A stretch of 64,000 bases of DNA from Callorhinchus milii (GCF_018977255.1 NW_024704742.1:21516001-21580000); one strand, 5' to 3'. Counted from the first letter of the stretch, positions 10,041 to 24,050 are shown. Numbers and translations are program-made. Notes: generated by a model from the letters alone, not told the origin.

Positions 10041-11399
10041 TTTCTTTGGTATTTCTTAATGGAATTCTGTAATAAGGATCCTCTTAATATTTCCTTTAAC
10101 CCACAGGAACTGAGATCTGGAAGTAGATTATATTGGAGCAGAGTTCCTGTGGGCCCTTCCTCCTTGCATGCTCAGTGTTCCTTATTGAATCATTTAGAAC
10201 AGGCTGAATAGGGCTTAGGAATGGGGCGGTGTTAATAGCTATAAGTCAGATGTAATATGGTGTGAAAAAAGCAGTGCATGGGAATGTGTACTGCCATGCA
10301 GTAATGGATATTTTTTAATAAAAAATATTTGGAGATTTAAACTAGCATTAGACGGTATAGAATGGATGAGATAACAATTGAGCATTCATTGTAGTCAATA
10401 CTTGAAAATGCTTGGGTCTAAAAAAGCTGTTTTGAGCAGGAGAGGGAGTATTTGATCAACTTGTGCTAAATTGATCTATATACAAATTAAGTGCAGCTTC
10501 TGTGTTTGATGGAAATCAATAGCAATGGTGATTAGAAACATTAGTTTCCTTTTCCTGGAAACGTTAAAAACATTAAATCTTAATTCTTATTCCATTTTGA
10601 CACATTTTTCTTGCCTTTCCTTCACCATCATACATGCTTCTTCAGGAGCAAAAGCAGGTGGTTAAAGGGGAAGTTTTAAATGCTTAACAGCTGCATTTCA
10701 ATGTGAATGACCAGCAAGAGATACAGCAGAAGCCATGATGCCCAGTCAATGTCCTGAAGATGGAGCAGCTCACTTTCTCTGATTCTCCCTCTACTGGCAT
10801 GACTGAGAAGTATCAATTTAACCAGCAGTCAAAATTCACTGCATCCCTTTAGCACCAATAATAATAATAATAATAATAATACTTGCATTTGTTATAATGC
10901 CTTATCACATCTTCGAGACATCTTGAATAACTGTAAAGTGAATTGACTATATATTCTGTGGGTGAAACGCAGAAGCCAATTGCGCACAGCAGTGTCTCAC
11001 AAGCAGGCGTGGATTGAGTAACCAATTTATTATTATTTTGATCTTAATTTCAGCCTCTACCTTGGGGGCAGAAAGTGGGCAACACTTAAACCAACCCCAC
11101 TAACCATAGGCTGAGATGCCGGTCTGTACAGCTCAGGAGGTGAGGGGTCATTGCTGACATCAGCGAGGCCACAGATGCTTTCTGAGGGGCAGTGGGGGCT
11201 GCCGTGGGCAGGGAGGGTGGCTGGCATCACTGTGTTGTAAGCGGGCAGGATAGGCAGGGCTCTGCCAGGATTGTACCAGGATTGGAACTGGACATCTACC
11301 TATGCTGCAACATCAGGCACTACGTACAGGTGAACTTTTGTTGATGGATATCTTTTCAACAGCCACAAACTTTTCTCCAGGTGCTGAACTAATGATTGT

Positions 11400-12120
11400 T
11401 TAGAAAAGGTTTCCTTTCTGTCAATTCTCTCCTGTCCTAAAAGCATTTCATTCCTGTTTTTGTTTACTGAGTATAGTTCTATGGGTGCTGCTTGTTCTTC
11501 AGTTCCTCACTCAGTATTCACGTTTGAGCCTTGACAATGAGTCCTGAGTCTTCAGTGGTGACTGTTGACCCGTTATTCCATTGTTTGGGAATCACAGCCA
11601 AACCTCATTCCAACCTCACCTGCGCAACAACAATGTGTATTTTTATAGCGTCCTTCACACAAGATAGTGTTTCAGAGCACCACACAGGGCAGGGTTGGCG
11701 CTGAGCAAGGGAGAAGGAAGGAGGGGGAGGTAACTATCAGTATGATCCTGAAATCCACACATATACTACTAATAATAGTAATAATAATGATCCTTGCATT
11801 TGATATAGCGCCTTATCACGTCATTGAAACATCTCAAAGTGCTTCACAGAATATATTGTAAAGTGGATTGACTACTTTGTGGGCAAAGCGCACATTTATA
11901 AGTATATAAATATTCCAGCAGGGGTCTCCAGATAACAATCAGAAGTGGGAAGTGTTGATTTCATCTTCCTTGCCCAGAGGTGACAAGGCCAATTCCAACA
12001 TCTCAAATACGGTACTACACTATCTGATTAGCTAACTCAGGACTGACTGGGATTTGAACCTGCATCCCTTTGATGTACAGACGACTGATGCATCAGATAG
12101 TGATTTTAACCGCTATTGGG
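11400..12120 (-). mobile_element. Ancient SINE (AmnSINE2-like) interrupted by L2 and SINE tail fragments at ~11625-11900
   Basis: gggaatcacagccaaacct ... ttccagcaggggtc ... aggccaatt ... attagctaactcag ... gggatttgaacct is colinear with 9620-10040. Confidence 0.5.
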
Positions 12121-12691
12121 ATGCTCTATATATGATGATGCTTTGAGCATGTATATATTATCTTTGGCTTCAGAAAGAAAGTAAGAAAAGTAAACAAAAA
12201 TTGGATCAAATTTGCTTGCATGAGTCAAGCCACAAAAATTCCATAGGCCACCACCGTGTTACATGCTACGAGTTTGCGTGGGTCCTAACAATGAAATAAG
12301 AATTGAAATTTTTACCTTGACTGGCCCATCAATGAATAGTAACCCGGGATGCGAACTCAAAGTGACCCACTGCAAGGCAACTCAAGTACTCAACCACTTG
12401 AGCTACTGGGCCATATTATAAACACTTTGTTGAATGAGTTTCCGCAGCATCTTCATATGGGTGTTTGTTTATTGCACAGTTGCTGCCGTATTTCTAATTT
12501 TTATGAATGATTTCTGATAAAGCCAAATGAGACTCAGTGTCATCAAAATTCTTTTTCCAGCGAGGTGGCGTACTTACTATTTATTTGCTACACATATTCT
12601 ACAGTTTTGTATGAAATATAATTTAATGGGGAGTATGTGTTTTCCCACTGAAGACCTGTTTTTAAAAAATATAAACCAAATGACTCCTGTA

Positions 12692-12996
12692 TAATAATAA
12701 GCCTTGCATTTGGTATCACATCATTGATCTGTCTCAAAGCACTTCACAGAATATACTGTAAAGTGGATTACGCACAGCAGTGTCTCACAAAGAGTCGTGG
12801 ATTGAATGACCACATTTTTTTTTGAGGGATTATTACTCCCAGAAAGCGATCCGCCAATCAACTAACAACCAGGTTCCTACTTACTGCTAGGTAAATAGAG
12901 GCGTGTGAAGTAAGGAAACGTGCCTGAAGATTTGCCCCGCCCAGGAATTAAACCTGGGTCCTCTCGCTTGCTCTAACTACTATGATACAGGACTCC
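12692..12996 (-). mobile_element. tRNA-Ala-derived SINE, long variant
   Basis: Same family sequence, tail at 12692, head ending at acaggactcc. Confidence 0.85.
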
Positions 12997-15344
12997 AAAG
13001 TGTTTAGTTTAAGCTTTAATTGTAATTTTGTACAGATTGTTATAATTTGATATAAGTGGCATTTGGTAATAAAAGGGCGCATGAATCAAGGGCAATTTAA
13101 ATATGCGAAGCGAAATAAGCAGTTATCTGAAAGAAAAGCACAGGTCCGAAATAATTTGACAACAAAACTGTGGTGCAATAATAACAGCTGCAGAGGATCC
13201 CTTGGTAGGCTGGTGAAAGGGTTAAAACGAATGTGGGTAATTTTATGTCAACAGCACTATAAATCATCGAGCCACAAAGTGGCATGTACGCTGAAACCTA
13301 GCACTGCTGATGGCTCAGTGGACCACCATGTGTGTTGCTTTCCATTCAAAACTGTGGCACAACCGCAAGCCTTCATATGTGTGAAACAGCAGGGTCTCAC
13401 TTCAGCATGAGTACTGTTCATGCAACTGCATCCACGGACCGACTGAAAACTCCAACACCCTTTTCCATTAAACCCATGACATATCATAATAAATAAGGAT
13501 TATTTATTAGCATAAATACTTGGTCCAAGTTTTTATAGCCTCGCATCTGGTCGTCCATTGTAAATGGGACAGATAAAATTGATCTCTGCCTTTATAATTT
13601 GGTGCGGTAATTGAATTAAGTGTGTCAACGATGAGACAAGATTAAAACTAAAACAGATTCTCTGCAGCTTTGAAACCCAATATAGGTTGAAATTCCAGAG
13701 CAAATTGTTTCCATAGAAGTTGGCTTAATGTTGTAATCTGCACATCCCACCAGCTACTAGGTTAGTGAATACAAGAGGCAACTTGTCTTTCAAAGGTAAC
13801 CAGTCTTTTTTTCTCTGACTGAAAATAAGACAAATGATTAAGCATAGTGTAACAGAAGGATTGAAATTGTGCAATTTACCCTTATTTTATCAGCCCAAAT
13901 TTTCCTCTGTTAAATCTGCGACATGAACCTAGCTGCCTTAAAGCTACCGCTATCCTTTTTGACTCATGTTTTCACTCTTTTCTTTAAAATCCTCACCTGC
14001 AGCACTGTGCTCATCCCCTCTTGAGAATCTCTTTTAGGAGATTAGATGATTCCCCAAACCTTGCCCTGAGCACTGATCTGCTGTGATTTTCCTTTAGCTG
14101 GCTAGATCCACTCGCATATGGGCATCTTTATTTGTGCCTGTACAATTAGCTTTGAGTTTTTAAGCAGTGTAAGCACCTCTTTGACTGTAACCAAGTAATT
14201 GTGTGTTCCAGGGCCCAGCTTGGCAGTTTAAATAATAGTTCATCATTTCAAATCTAGAAAGTAAAAGCAGAAAATGTTTAGAATTCCTTCGTGTTTAAAG
14301 GCAGTGATTCCAAGCAATGAATAATTGTTCACTCCTCAGGGCAAGGTTCAGACTCTTGAGCTGGATTTCGACACATATTTAGTAAGCTGGATTTGATTTA
14401 ACGTTTCAAGAGAAAGCACTAGACCACCAGTCAGCGACACAAACTAAAAGGATTTGGGCTTTGCTTTTGCTGTCATCACATTCTCTTCCTTTATTGCATA
14501 CCAGCTGTACCCGTTGCAGCTTCGCTTGCAACCAAAGGATCTAATATGGAATGTAGATTGACACACAGACAGGCATTTCGTCTTTATCTATACTCAGCTG
14601 CGAGGACTACTGTGGGAGGACTCCTTTTGGGAGGACTCAGTGCTTTAAAAATGTAACTTTGTTGTTGTTGCCGCGGCTTAGCTTCGTCTGTGTTCTTTAT
14701 TTTGTTCCCGCTGCTTGGCTACCTGCATGCTCAGGATGCCACAGCGCCACTTTGATTAGGTGGCTACCAGGTGTAACTGCAGGGAAAAACGCAAAACTGA
14801 AAATAACTCATGAACAATAAGAGATACATGAAAACAAATATGCCCATGTCACTCCCAGAGGCAAGCCCTTTCTGACGAAGGATAAATCATATCTCTATGT
14901 CAATCAGTTATTGAGATCCTTCTTGAAGCACAGACAGATATTGCTGTTTTATTAGTATAGAGATAGAGGATAGATGTTTTCATGATCAAAGATAAAATAA
15001 TAATCCTTGCATTTGATACGGCACCTACAATGCCAAACCATCTCACAAGTACTTCACAAGTAATTGCGGTTGGGTGCAGTGAATGTGCAAGCTACATTCG
15101 CCCGCAAAATGCAGTCCCTGCACTTAACAGTAAACCTTTGAACAACAACAACAACAAATTGCATGTATATACTGTGACGCCTTTCACATTGGGATGATGT
15201 CCCAAGGTGCTGGACAGTGAAGGGCTTGCACCAATGAAGACTTTGGGGCATCTTCCCAACTTGAAAGGCATTATATCAAACGTAAGGATTATTGTTACTT
15301 TCAATGTCTTTTTAACAATTATTAAATTACTGACCAAGTAATAT

Positions 15345-15625
15345 AACAATAATAATCCTTGCATCTGATATAGTGCTTTTCACGTCTTCGAGATGTCCCA
15401 AAGCGCTTCACAGAATGTACTGTAAAGTGAATTGTGAACAGCAGTGTCCCACAAACAGTCGTGGATTGAGTGACCAAATTACTATTTTTTTAAGGATTAT
15501 TATCCCCAGAAAAGTGATCTGCCAATCTACTAACAACCGGGTTCCTACTTACTGCTAGGTAAACAGAGACATGTGGAGTAAGGAAACTTGCCTAACAATT
15601 CAGCCTGCTGGGAATAGAACCCAGG
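15345..15625 (-). mobile_element. tRNA-Ala-derived SINE, long variant, partial
   Basis: aataatccttgcat...gtggagtaaggaaacttgcc family match. Confidence 0.8.
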
Positions 15626-17309
15626 TAGCATTGAGATACCAGTCCTTTGGCATGCTACAGTCCTGTACATAGTGCACTGAATTCTGAACCAATGTCTTCC
15701 TGGTGGAGAAAATGGGCACAGGGCTAAATAGTCTTCCTGGTGCTCACATGGTTCCAAACACATGGCTGGAGAAAATAAGAAGATCTACAGTAACCCAGGA
15801 CACTTAGAAGAGTAGACATGTCATCAACCTAATGAACCAAACACTTTAAGGTCAAGGCAAACTGTGCTGGGCAAGTAACCTGCTATACGACTACCCATTC
15901 AGTAAGAAGACTGAAGTTTGACCCCCAATCTTCACTATGATTTAAAGTCAACGTTCCCTGCACTTTAAGCTCGCTAATCGCAGTCAGATCATCCAAGGAA
16001 GAATAGAAATAAATTGTCAGTGGTTGTGCTTGTCCCCAAATCATTAACCAGATCTCTTAGTAGGTCGAGCAAGGAATGGCATTGATGCAATTTGTAGCCA
16101 TATCAACACGTTCAACTGTCCGGAGAGAGGGAAGAACGGGAGTACAAAACAATAAATAACTCTTTTTCCTCACAGTTTTGGCTTTGAGCCTTTTCCAGCT
16201 GCTAAGTACACAATCTAGAATTAGATGTAAATCAGCAACAGCCTATATTCCTGACTCTCTCCCTTCTCCAGCAGTATAAATCTAAAATATGATTTAAAAC
16301 CAGAACTGTACATTTACATTGAGCTTTGTGCCTTTAGCCTTCACTGTTCTGTAAGGCCACAGGTTCTCACCCAGAGCAAGATGTTACATTAAACTCCAGG
16401 TCATTAACAAAAGCAAGTACAGGGAATGTGTGCAAGATTAGGTAACTGTCCGTTTCAGATTGTTTGACTTGGAACACATGACTCAAATACTCAACAGCGT
16501 ACTTTTATTTTACGTCCAAATGCTTCTTTGAGTGAACAGAGTCCCATTGCAGGCAGATCCGAATGGAGACAAAGAACTGCACGTGTGTAACTTTACGTGA
16601 GAATTTATGGGGTGGCACTCACACTGAAAAGCTAAAAGCAGCGATCAGCATGCATTATATCCGATGCATGCATTTGCAGAATTGACATTATGCAACACGC
16701 ATTGTTAATCACAATCTGGCTGCTGTTCTAGTTTCACTAAATGCACACCAGTTATGCCGTGGATGGTTTCAGAATAAACATCAGACCATAAGCATTAAAA
16801 CTGAAGCCTTGATCCTGCTTTAGATAAACATTTTCTTTTGACCAACGTGCCAGTTCCTCACATTAAGCCCATGTTATTTTGATTATTCCTATTCCTGGTG
16901 GGTGCACTTGGCTGGTACACTGTCCTTTAACCTTTGACATCTAGTTTGGATTTCAGCACACCCGGTTCAGACTGTTCAAAGCAGATCTCTGGCCAGGCCA
17001 AACTGAGTTTTTAATGGATAGAAAGAACTTGCATTTTCACAGTGCCTTAATACATCTTAAATCAACAGTAACGTCTGCAAACGTATGATGCATATTCTGT
17101 ATTCTGTAGGATACATTGGTGCAAATTGGGATCATAGCAGGAAACATAGTTAAGGTGATGTGTTTACATTTGCCTAATCTTATCTTATTAATCTTATTGC
17201 CTGTTTATTAATATTAATGTTGTATTTAACATCTTGAACTTCATCCGAAAACTTGATATGACAGTAATTAAGGATTAAAAAGGTCCAGCTTTCAACCAGC
17301 GATTATGTT

Positions 17310-17595
17310 CTTCCTTACAGTACTTTAAGATGCATCAAGATAGCAGAACAGGAGGCCTCGTGTTTAGAAATTACAAAGGCCAATTTCAGGCCAGAAACGA
17401 GGAAGTTTTTCCTGAACCAGTTGGCAATTAATAATGGGAACAGTTTGCAAGGAAGGGTGGTTGAGTCCAAGACACTGGATTCATTTAAAAAAAACAGTTT
17501 GATGCTGTGATTGGAAGATAGTGGGGTGAATATTTCAGAACAATGAGATCAGATGGGCTGAAGGGCCTTCTGAACTAAACTGGTAATCTTGTGAC
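17310..17595 (+). mobile_element. Old CR1 3' fragment
   Basis: agaacaggagg...caaaggccaatttcagg...aggaagtttttt...tgggaacagtttgc, a degenerate version of the RTRGH...KFFF...WNSLP region. Confidence 0.7.
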
Positions 17596-18278
17596 TCACC
17601 CTAGTACACTAGGTAGTGTGGAGCTGTCTGTAGCACGCCACACTACCCAGCTATCTCCAACGCCCGCCTGGCATGCAGCTATAGCTTCTCTGGACCAGAC
17701 CTTTGCCCTAACCCTTTCCTGCAATTCTAAGAAGCAAAAATCGTAATTTACAAGAATTGCCTTTTTAAAGTCTTCTAGCGTGCATGCCATTACCACAATA
17801 ACTCACAGGAAATATTGCCCAATGGCAGGAAGCTTGGTAAGATATCAACACTGATATTGGTCATACCAATCTGGTTTAAATAATAGCAGCCTCTGAGCTC
17901 GAAGAAGTCACTCAAGCAACGCCTATACCCACACATTCGCACACATATGCACTCGGTGAAATAAATGCTCTTGTTATTCTTGTGAAGTATCTTGGTAATT
18001 TTGGATGGATCATATTTGGATGCTGGTGCACTACATAGATTCACACATGCAGCTGCATCCAAAAAGGCCTATTTGGTCACTGTAGTTACATGTTTGATAT
18101 GTGTTCTCAGTTGTAATAATATCCCTCATGGCTGCGAACAGTGATGAAATAGTCCAATTGTGCCCACCATCCACCTTCCCACCCCCAACCATTAACAACT
18201 CTGCTAAGTAAACACGTCCATTCAATAAGCAGACACACTGTTTAAAAATAAACCCTTGAGTGAATGATGACTCTTCAA

Positions 18279-18597
18279 ATCCTGTAGCTCAGTGGTTAGA
18301 GCACTCGCTTTGCAAGCGAGAGACCTGAGTTCAATTCCAGGGAGGGCGAAACCTTGGGCAAGTTTCCTTACTCCACACGCCTAATAATAATCCCTCCAAA
18401 AACCAAAAACAATAATTAAATTGGTCATTTTCAATCTACGACTGTTTGTGGGACATTGCTGTGTGCAATTGGCTGCCGCGTTCGCCCACAAATATACAGT
18501 CAATTCACTTTACAGTGTGTTCTGTGAAGCGCTTTGGGACGTCCTCCCGACGTGAAAAGCGCTATATCAAATGCAAGGATTATGATTATTATTATTA
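18279..18597 (+). mobile_element. tRNA-Ala-derived SINE, short variant (young)
   Basis: A-box TAGCTCAGTGG, anticodon arm CTCGC-TTTGCAA-GCGAG (anticodon TGC), B-box GTTCAATTCC, Deu-like core tgtttgtgggacattgctgtg..caattggctgccgcg, L2-like 3' end and (att)n tail. Near-identical to 33348-33671. Confidence 0.95.
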
Positions 18598-19689
18598 AAT
18601 GAAGGTCAGGGGCCACCTGTCCATTACTACCTCTCCCTCTGGGCTGCTGGGATGGACACTCATTCACGCCTTCATCACATCCAGGCTCAACTACTCCAAC
18701 ACCCTCCTCCACAGATTCCCAGCTCCTCCATTTATCAATTTATCTTCAGCCTGTGTCCTCGGCTGCACCTCTCTCCCACAGTCCACTGACTCCCTACCCC
18801 TAGCTTCAAGATCTTCACCCCACCCCAGTGATCTCCTGCAACCATATAGTACGTTTCCTTACTACACACGCCTCTGTTTACCTACCAGTAAGTAGGAACC
18901 TGGTTGTTAGTCGATTGGCGGATCGCTTTTCTGGGGGTAATAATTCCTGTCAAAAAAATAAATAATTTGTTCACTTAATCCATGACTGTTGTTGGGACAC
19001 TGCCCGACAACTTCCTCTTCTCTGCTTCATGTCACCAGCCTGATCTTCTCCACCATCAGTGGCTGAGCTTTCAGCCATTCTGCCTCCTGGAAGTACATCC
19101 CAAAGCCCCTCTCTAACTTGCTCCTTCCATACCTTCAAAACCTGCCAAACAACAACCTATTTTTCAAATGTGGTTTCGGTCACCTTTCCTCCCCTCCAAT
19201 ACCCACCTCCCCAACTCCCACTCAGCTCAGGCTCATGACCAGCTGTAGTGAAGCACTTTGAGATGTCCTCCCAACATGAGAGGCACTATATAAATGTAAA
19301 TTATTATTGTGGTTTCAACCATTTGCTGTGTGAAAATTGGCTGCAGTATTTGCCCACAAAACAGTCACTGCACTTTACAGTATATCCTGTCAAGCTCTTT
19401 TGGATGTCTTTCCAAGATGAAAAGAACTATATGGATATATAAGGATTAATGTAAAGATTATTATTATTACTACTACTAATTCCAAACAATGCAAAGAATA
19501 TTCTTTTGTTCTTTCCAAAACAGTTGTACAAATTGGAGTGAAAATTGCAGAGTGCGTGACATAAGGCTTCAGAATTCTCCTCTCCCATTTCTTGCTTGAT
19601 TCAGGGTCAACGTCTGAACTGTGAACTCAATTCCAAAATCGAATCAGTCACTGGAGGTTTTCTGCATCCAGCGTGAGTCTGTGCACATG

Positions 19690-20015
19690 GGCTCACTTGA
19701 CCATCTGCCAGTCTTGTCCAGAGAAACCATCGTGCCAGTGGAACCTTTAAAGTGGTGCAGAAAGAGATTCTGGAGAAAGGAGTCAAGACATATTGTTGAC
19801 CAGGAACCTGGGAGAAATTCTTTTCTCTTTTCGAATAATGCCATAGGAGTTTTAACATCCACCTGAACATGCAAATGGGGTTTTGGTTTACCATCTTATC
19901 CAAAGGACGGAACCTCTAACACTACAGCGGAGCATCAGTTTAGACTATATAGGCTTCACGACCCTAAGTGCGACTTGAACCCCAACCTTCTGACTCAGAG
20001 GAGAGAGTCGTACTC
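19690..20015 (-). mobile_element. Older DeuSINE (SacSINE1-like)
   Basis: gacttgaacccaaccttctgactcagagg head and tttaacatccacctgaac body. Confidence 0.6.
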
Positions 20016-20869
20016 AGCATTTACATAAATTAAGACATTTCTGCAGCCTGGAGTTTTTTCTCTTGCAGTTTATGCAGTTTTTTTCTATTCAGGTCAGTTT
20101 GAACTGTGGGTTCCTTGTTTCTCATAATAAAAAGGAGCAGCTTAGCTTTGTGTTGTAAGGCCAGTCAGCTGTCCATATCAGCATATTGTTACAGTCTTGG
20201 AGGTTGAAAAAAGCATCTGCTTTTACAAATAGCATTCTCACAAAAGAGCTTGGTTTCATTCAAAGACCAAAGACAGTGTTGTGTAAATTGTGTTTATAAG
20301 AATGCATTTTGTTTAAACGCTGAACTCTGAGATTTAAGAAAGAGGTAAACAGAAAAACTGCATCCGTTTGAAAAAAACGGTGTTTGTTATTTACAGCTAT
20401 CAATATTTAAAATGCTTCTCCCTTGATTGCAAATAATATTGTTACAAAACAGATCGGAAACATTATTTTACTGTAACTTCACCCTCATTAAAATTAAGAA
20501 AAACTGTCTGAAAATTCAATGAAATGCATTTCATTTTATTAGACTGACACCAAGCGTCTGTTGAACAGAATCTTAATAACAAATAATAACAAATAATGGA
20601 ACCTCATTATATCAACACAATCAAATTATCAAAGCTTAGCACGACGTAAATATTTGTAATCAAACTGCTTTTCATCATTTTATTATGTTCATTCATACAC
20701 TTCAGCCTTGTAAATATCAACTCAGAACTAGATGCTTTTCTGCTTTACATTCAGGAACAATAACAAGCATTTTTACCCATTCTAAACTGCTGACTCCAGC
20801 AAAGGTAAACACTAGAATCACTGCCCTGACAGCCTCTACCCCCTGCTCCACAGAGATCAATGAGAATGA

Positions 20870-21980
20870 TTCCTAAGAGCAACGAGAATGATCCCCTGTG
20901 TTAGAAGAATAAGCTATGAGCAATAAGCTATAGAAAATTGCGGAAATATTTGCCAAAGATTGTGGGGAAATTTGACAAATTCTGTGGAATATTGTGGGGA
21001 GCTGATTGGTGCTATTGAGAGGTATATTTTACTTACTACCAACTTACATTTTTCATTCTATCGATAAAAACTAAATAACACACATTAGATTTTTACAAAA
21101 ATAAATATTAATGCCTTCTTTAACAAAAATTGGGTATCCCACTGTGTGGGGTGGGGGTCGGAGGGGGGAACTCCAGCGTAAGCCCAAAGGGCCAAAAGGT
21201 CCACTTCCACCCCACATTACATTTGAAGGCCAGTATCCTGACTGCAGGGCTCCAGGAGGTCACCACTTCCTGCCTCTCGGGGGCTGCCACCGCACACAGA
21301 CACAGAAACACACAAACACACCACTCAGCCACAGAGGCACACACATACACTTACAGACAAAGAGAGAGAGACACACACAAACCCACACACACACTCACAG
21401 ACACTGGGTGACACACACTCACAACACGCATACAGAGAAGAGAGAGACACACTCACAGACAAACACACTCACACATACACGCGCAGACAAGAGAGACACG
21501 CAGACAATCTCAAAAGCGGGGCCTCGGGTATTTGTAGTGAAGGAGGTCGTTTGTAGCGGATTCCGCAGAAAAATTGAGGCTGCACTTTTCCATTGACACA
21601 GGCTATGAGCAATAACTATGCAGGCTAGGACTCTTCAGCCTTTAAAAGAGACAATTCAGAAGGGATTTTGTAGAAGTACATAAGATTCTAAAGAGGATTG
21701 AGAAAGTGAACCCAGAACAATATTTTCAGTTATGCCGAGGCAGCAGAACAAAAGTTCACAGGTTTAGAGTCGCAAAGGCCAATTTTAAGACAGACAGAAG
21801 GAAGTATTTCTTTATACAGAAGGTACTTGATGACTGAAATGGGTTGCCAGGAAGGGTGGGTGAAGCTGGAATGCCAACTCCTTCAAGTTTGATGCAGTAA
21901 TAATACGATGGTATCTGGAAGGATGAGGTGAAATGGGCAAAGGACCTTCTTCATCTAACTCTGTCTAGTAGCCTTGTAAT
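20870..21980 (+). mobile_element. Old CR1 3' fragment interrupted by a ~675-bp insertion (20927-21601)
   Basis: The CR1-like gagcaacgagaatgatcccc...gctatgag resumes at 21602 as gctatgagcaataac...ggctaggactcttcagcct...aggaagtatttctttatacaga. The 14-mer gctatgagcaataa flanks the insert on both sides. Confidence 0.65.
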
Positions 21981-22479
21981 CATCTTATGTTGATCACACT
22001 GTACCACTGTACTATGCTCGGGTCCAAATCCCTGAATGTCCAGCACCTTTGGATGTCCTCCTGACATGAAAGGCTTTATACAAATGTAAGATGTTGTTGT
22101 AACTATGTTTGTTACAACAGTTGCGTCTGGACTATCACATAACAGTGCAATGAGATTCGTCCTTGGTTCTCCTGAATTCTGTTCATTTTTTTTAACAAAT
22201 GGAATGTCACTGAAGTTCAGGGTAAAATACTAAAGCATGACATTTTCTGGGGAAAGTTCAGATGAAATAAAAAATGTTAAATGTAGAAGAAACTTCCTTG
22301 CAGGTATTCTTCAGACAGATAATTAAAGTCCTTTAGTGATTCAGTATCTCAAGGCCTATCTCAAAATGGAGCCCTTTTACTGCACTTTCGGTCATATTTC
22401 CCTTCTCTCCCCTACTCAGCTCACACCACCTAGCTCAGGTGCCCACCCGGCTTTGTCAATCTTCTTGAGATCTTCCTTC

Positions 22480-22703
22480 TTCACTCTTGAAATTTCTTGA
22501 AACCTCCCTTCCTCACTCCCTTTGCCTCGCCCCCTTTCTTCCTATTTTCAGGTCTTGGCTAAAGACCTTTCTTTTTGACCGCACCTTTGGTCACCTTCTT
22601 CCCCCTTCCCCTGGCTAGGCCCCGGGATCCGTTATTGTGAAGTGCTCTGAGACGCCGTCCGGCGTGAAGGGTGCTACATAAATCCAAGTTGTTGTTGTTG
22701 TTG
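22480..22703 (+). mobile_element. L2 LINE 3' tail fragment
   Basis: Near-identical to the 3' end of the L2 at 50760-50955, with a (gtt)n tail. Confidence 0.85.
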
Positions 22704-23789
22704 AGGTGTCTTCCTGATGTTAAAATCCTGTCAAAAAAAGTTTTCACCAACACAAAATAAAATACAGTGAATTCACTTTAGGTTATATTCTGTAAAGCAC
22801 TTTGAGACGTCTCAATGACTTGAAAAGGCACTTATCTTATCAAATGCAAGGATTATTATTATCATACCTCCATAAGATCCCCTCTGAGCCATCTCATTTT
22901 AAGATTGAAGAGCCTAGCTTGTCTAATTGTTGCTCCTAGCTCATTCATCCAACACAGGGAATCATTCTTGTTGCTTTCTTCTGCACTACCTTTAGGGCCT
23001 GAGCTGTCACTTATATCAGGATGATCTGAAATGGATGCTCTAGGTGCAACAAGACCAGGGCACTATCCAGCTTGCATTTGACTTGTCGGCATCTGAACTC
23101 AACTGATTTACCAAAATAGCACACCATGTCTGTCTCGTTTATTGAAGTTACAGTACTTGGGGGCTGTTTTAGACCCCAAAACATATACATACATTTATCA
23201 GCCACCCATTCATATTGCATATTTCAAAATTCAGCAAGTTAAATTGGTACTGGCGCTACATTGAGCTCCTTAAGATGATTCAGGTTATTCACATCAATGA
23301 GAGCGAATAAGGCACTTAAACAATGCAAATAAATTTGACACTGTACACTTGTGGTATAATAGGGTGGCAAATCACACCAAAGCATAAATTGGATAACAGT
23401 TATATTTCGCTGAAGCTGAAATGTTTGCACTTGTCAACCTATTGCTGGAACTGTCCATCCAAACTAAATGTGTTTTTTGTCAAAGCTCCCACATTCTGTG
23501 AAAATCTTTCTCAGGGCTAGTTTTTCTGTGGCTGGGGTAAATTAATCTAGAGGGTCTTCCTATGTTGACTCGTTCCACCGTTGGTCCTCCTAAAGTGCAT
23601 CAGCCAGCACTTTGGAAATCTGTGAATAGAAGGTGACATACTATAGCATATACATTATGCAAATACTTGTAGGTATTTTAGCTCTATTCAGGTCCTGATA
23701 GAGGTGAAAGGAATCAATAAGGATTTTCCACTTATTGAGTCCAAAATTAGGTTTTAGATATATATATTTACATATTTGACAGCTATTAG

Positions 23790-24050
23790 CAGTTCTAAAA
23801 AGAAGTTTAGTAAGAACTTCTTCACGCAGAGGGTGGTGAAAATGCAGAGATCACTGCAGGAAGCTGTGACTGAAGCTAAAAGCAGCACTGTATATGAGAG
23901 TAAAGTTGCTGCATGCATGAGGGAGATAAGAATAAAGGGGGATAGGTGAGGAGGATAACGGGAGTGAGCTCTTGTGTGGAATGTAAACACTGTCATGGAC
24001 GAGTTGGGCTGAATGGCCTTTTTCCATGTTTTATCATTCTATGTAATTCT
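23790..24050 (+). mobile_element. Old CR1 3' fragment
   Basis: aagaacttcttcacgcagagggtggtga ... gagttgggctgaatggcct ... attctatgtaattcta tail. Confidence 0.75.

Noticed and set aside
17790..18062. Minus ORF with IYF.EC.C loosely like a GIY-YIG nuclease
   Set aside because: The YxG and R...EH motifs are missing and the similarity is too weak.
18279..18350. tRNA-Ala(UGC) gene
   Set aside because: The tRNA-like head runs into a SINE body and tail, lacks a proper acceptor stem, and recurs many times in the window.
21111..21596. 161-aa His/Thr-rich ORF
   Set aside because: The frame is kept open by a CA/GA low-complexity tract and has no protein-like features.
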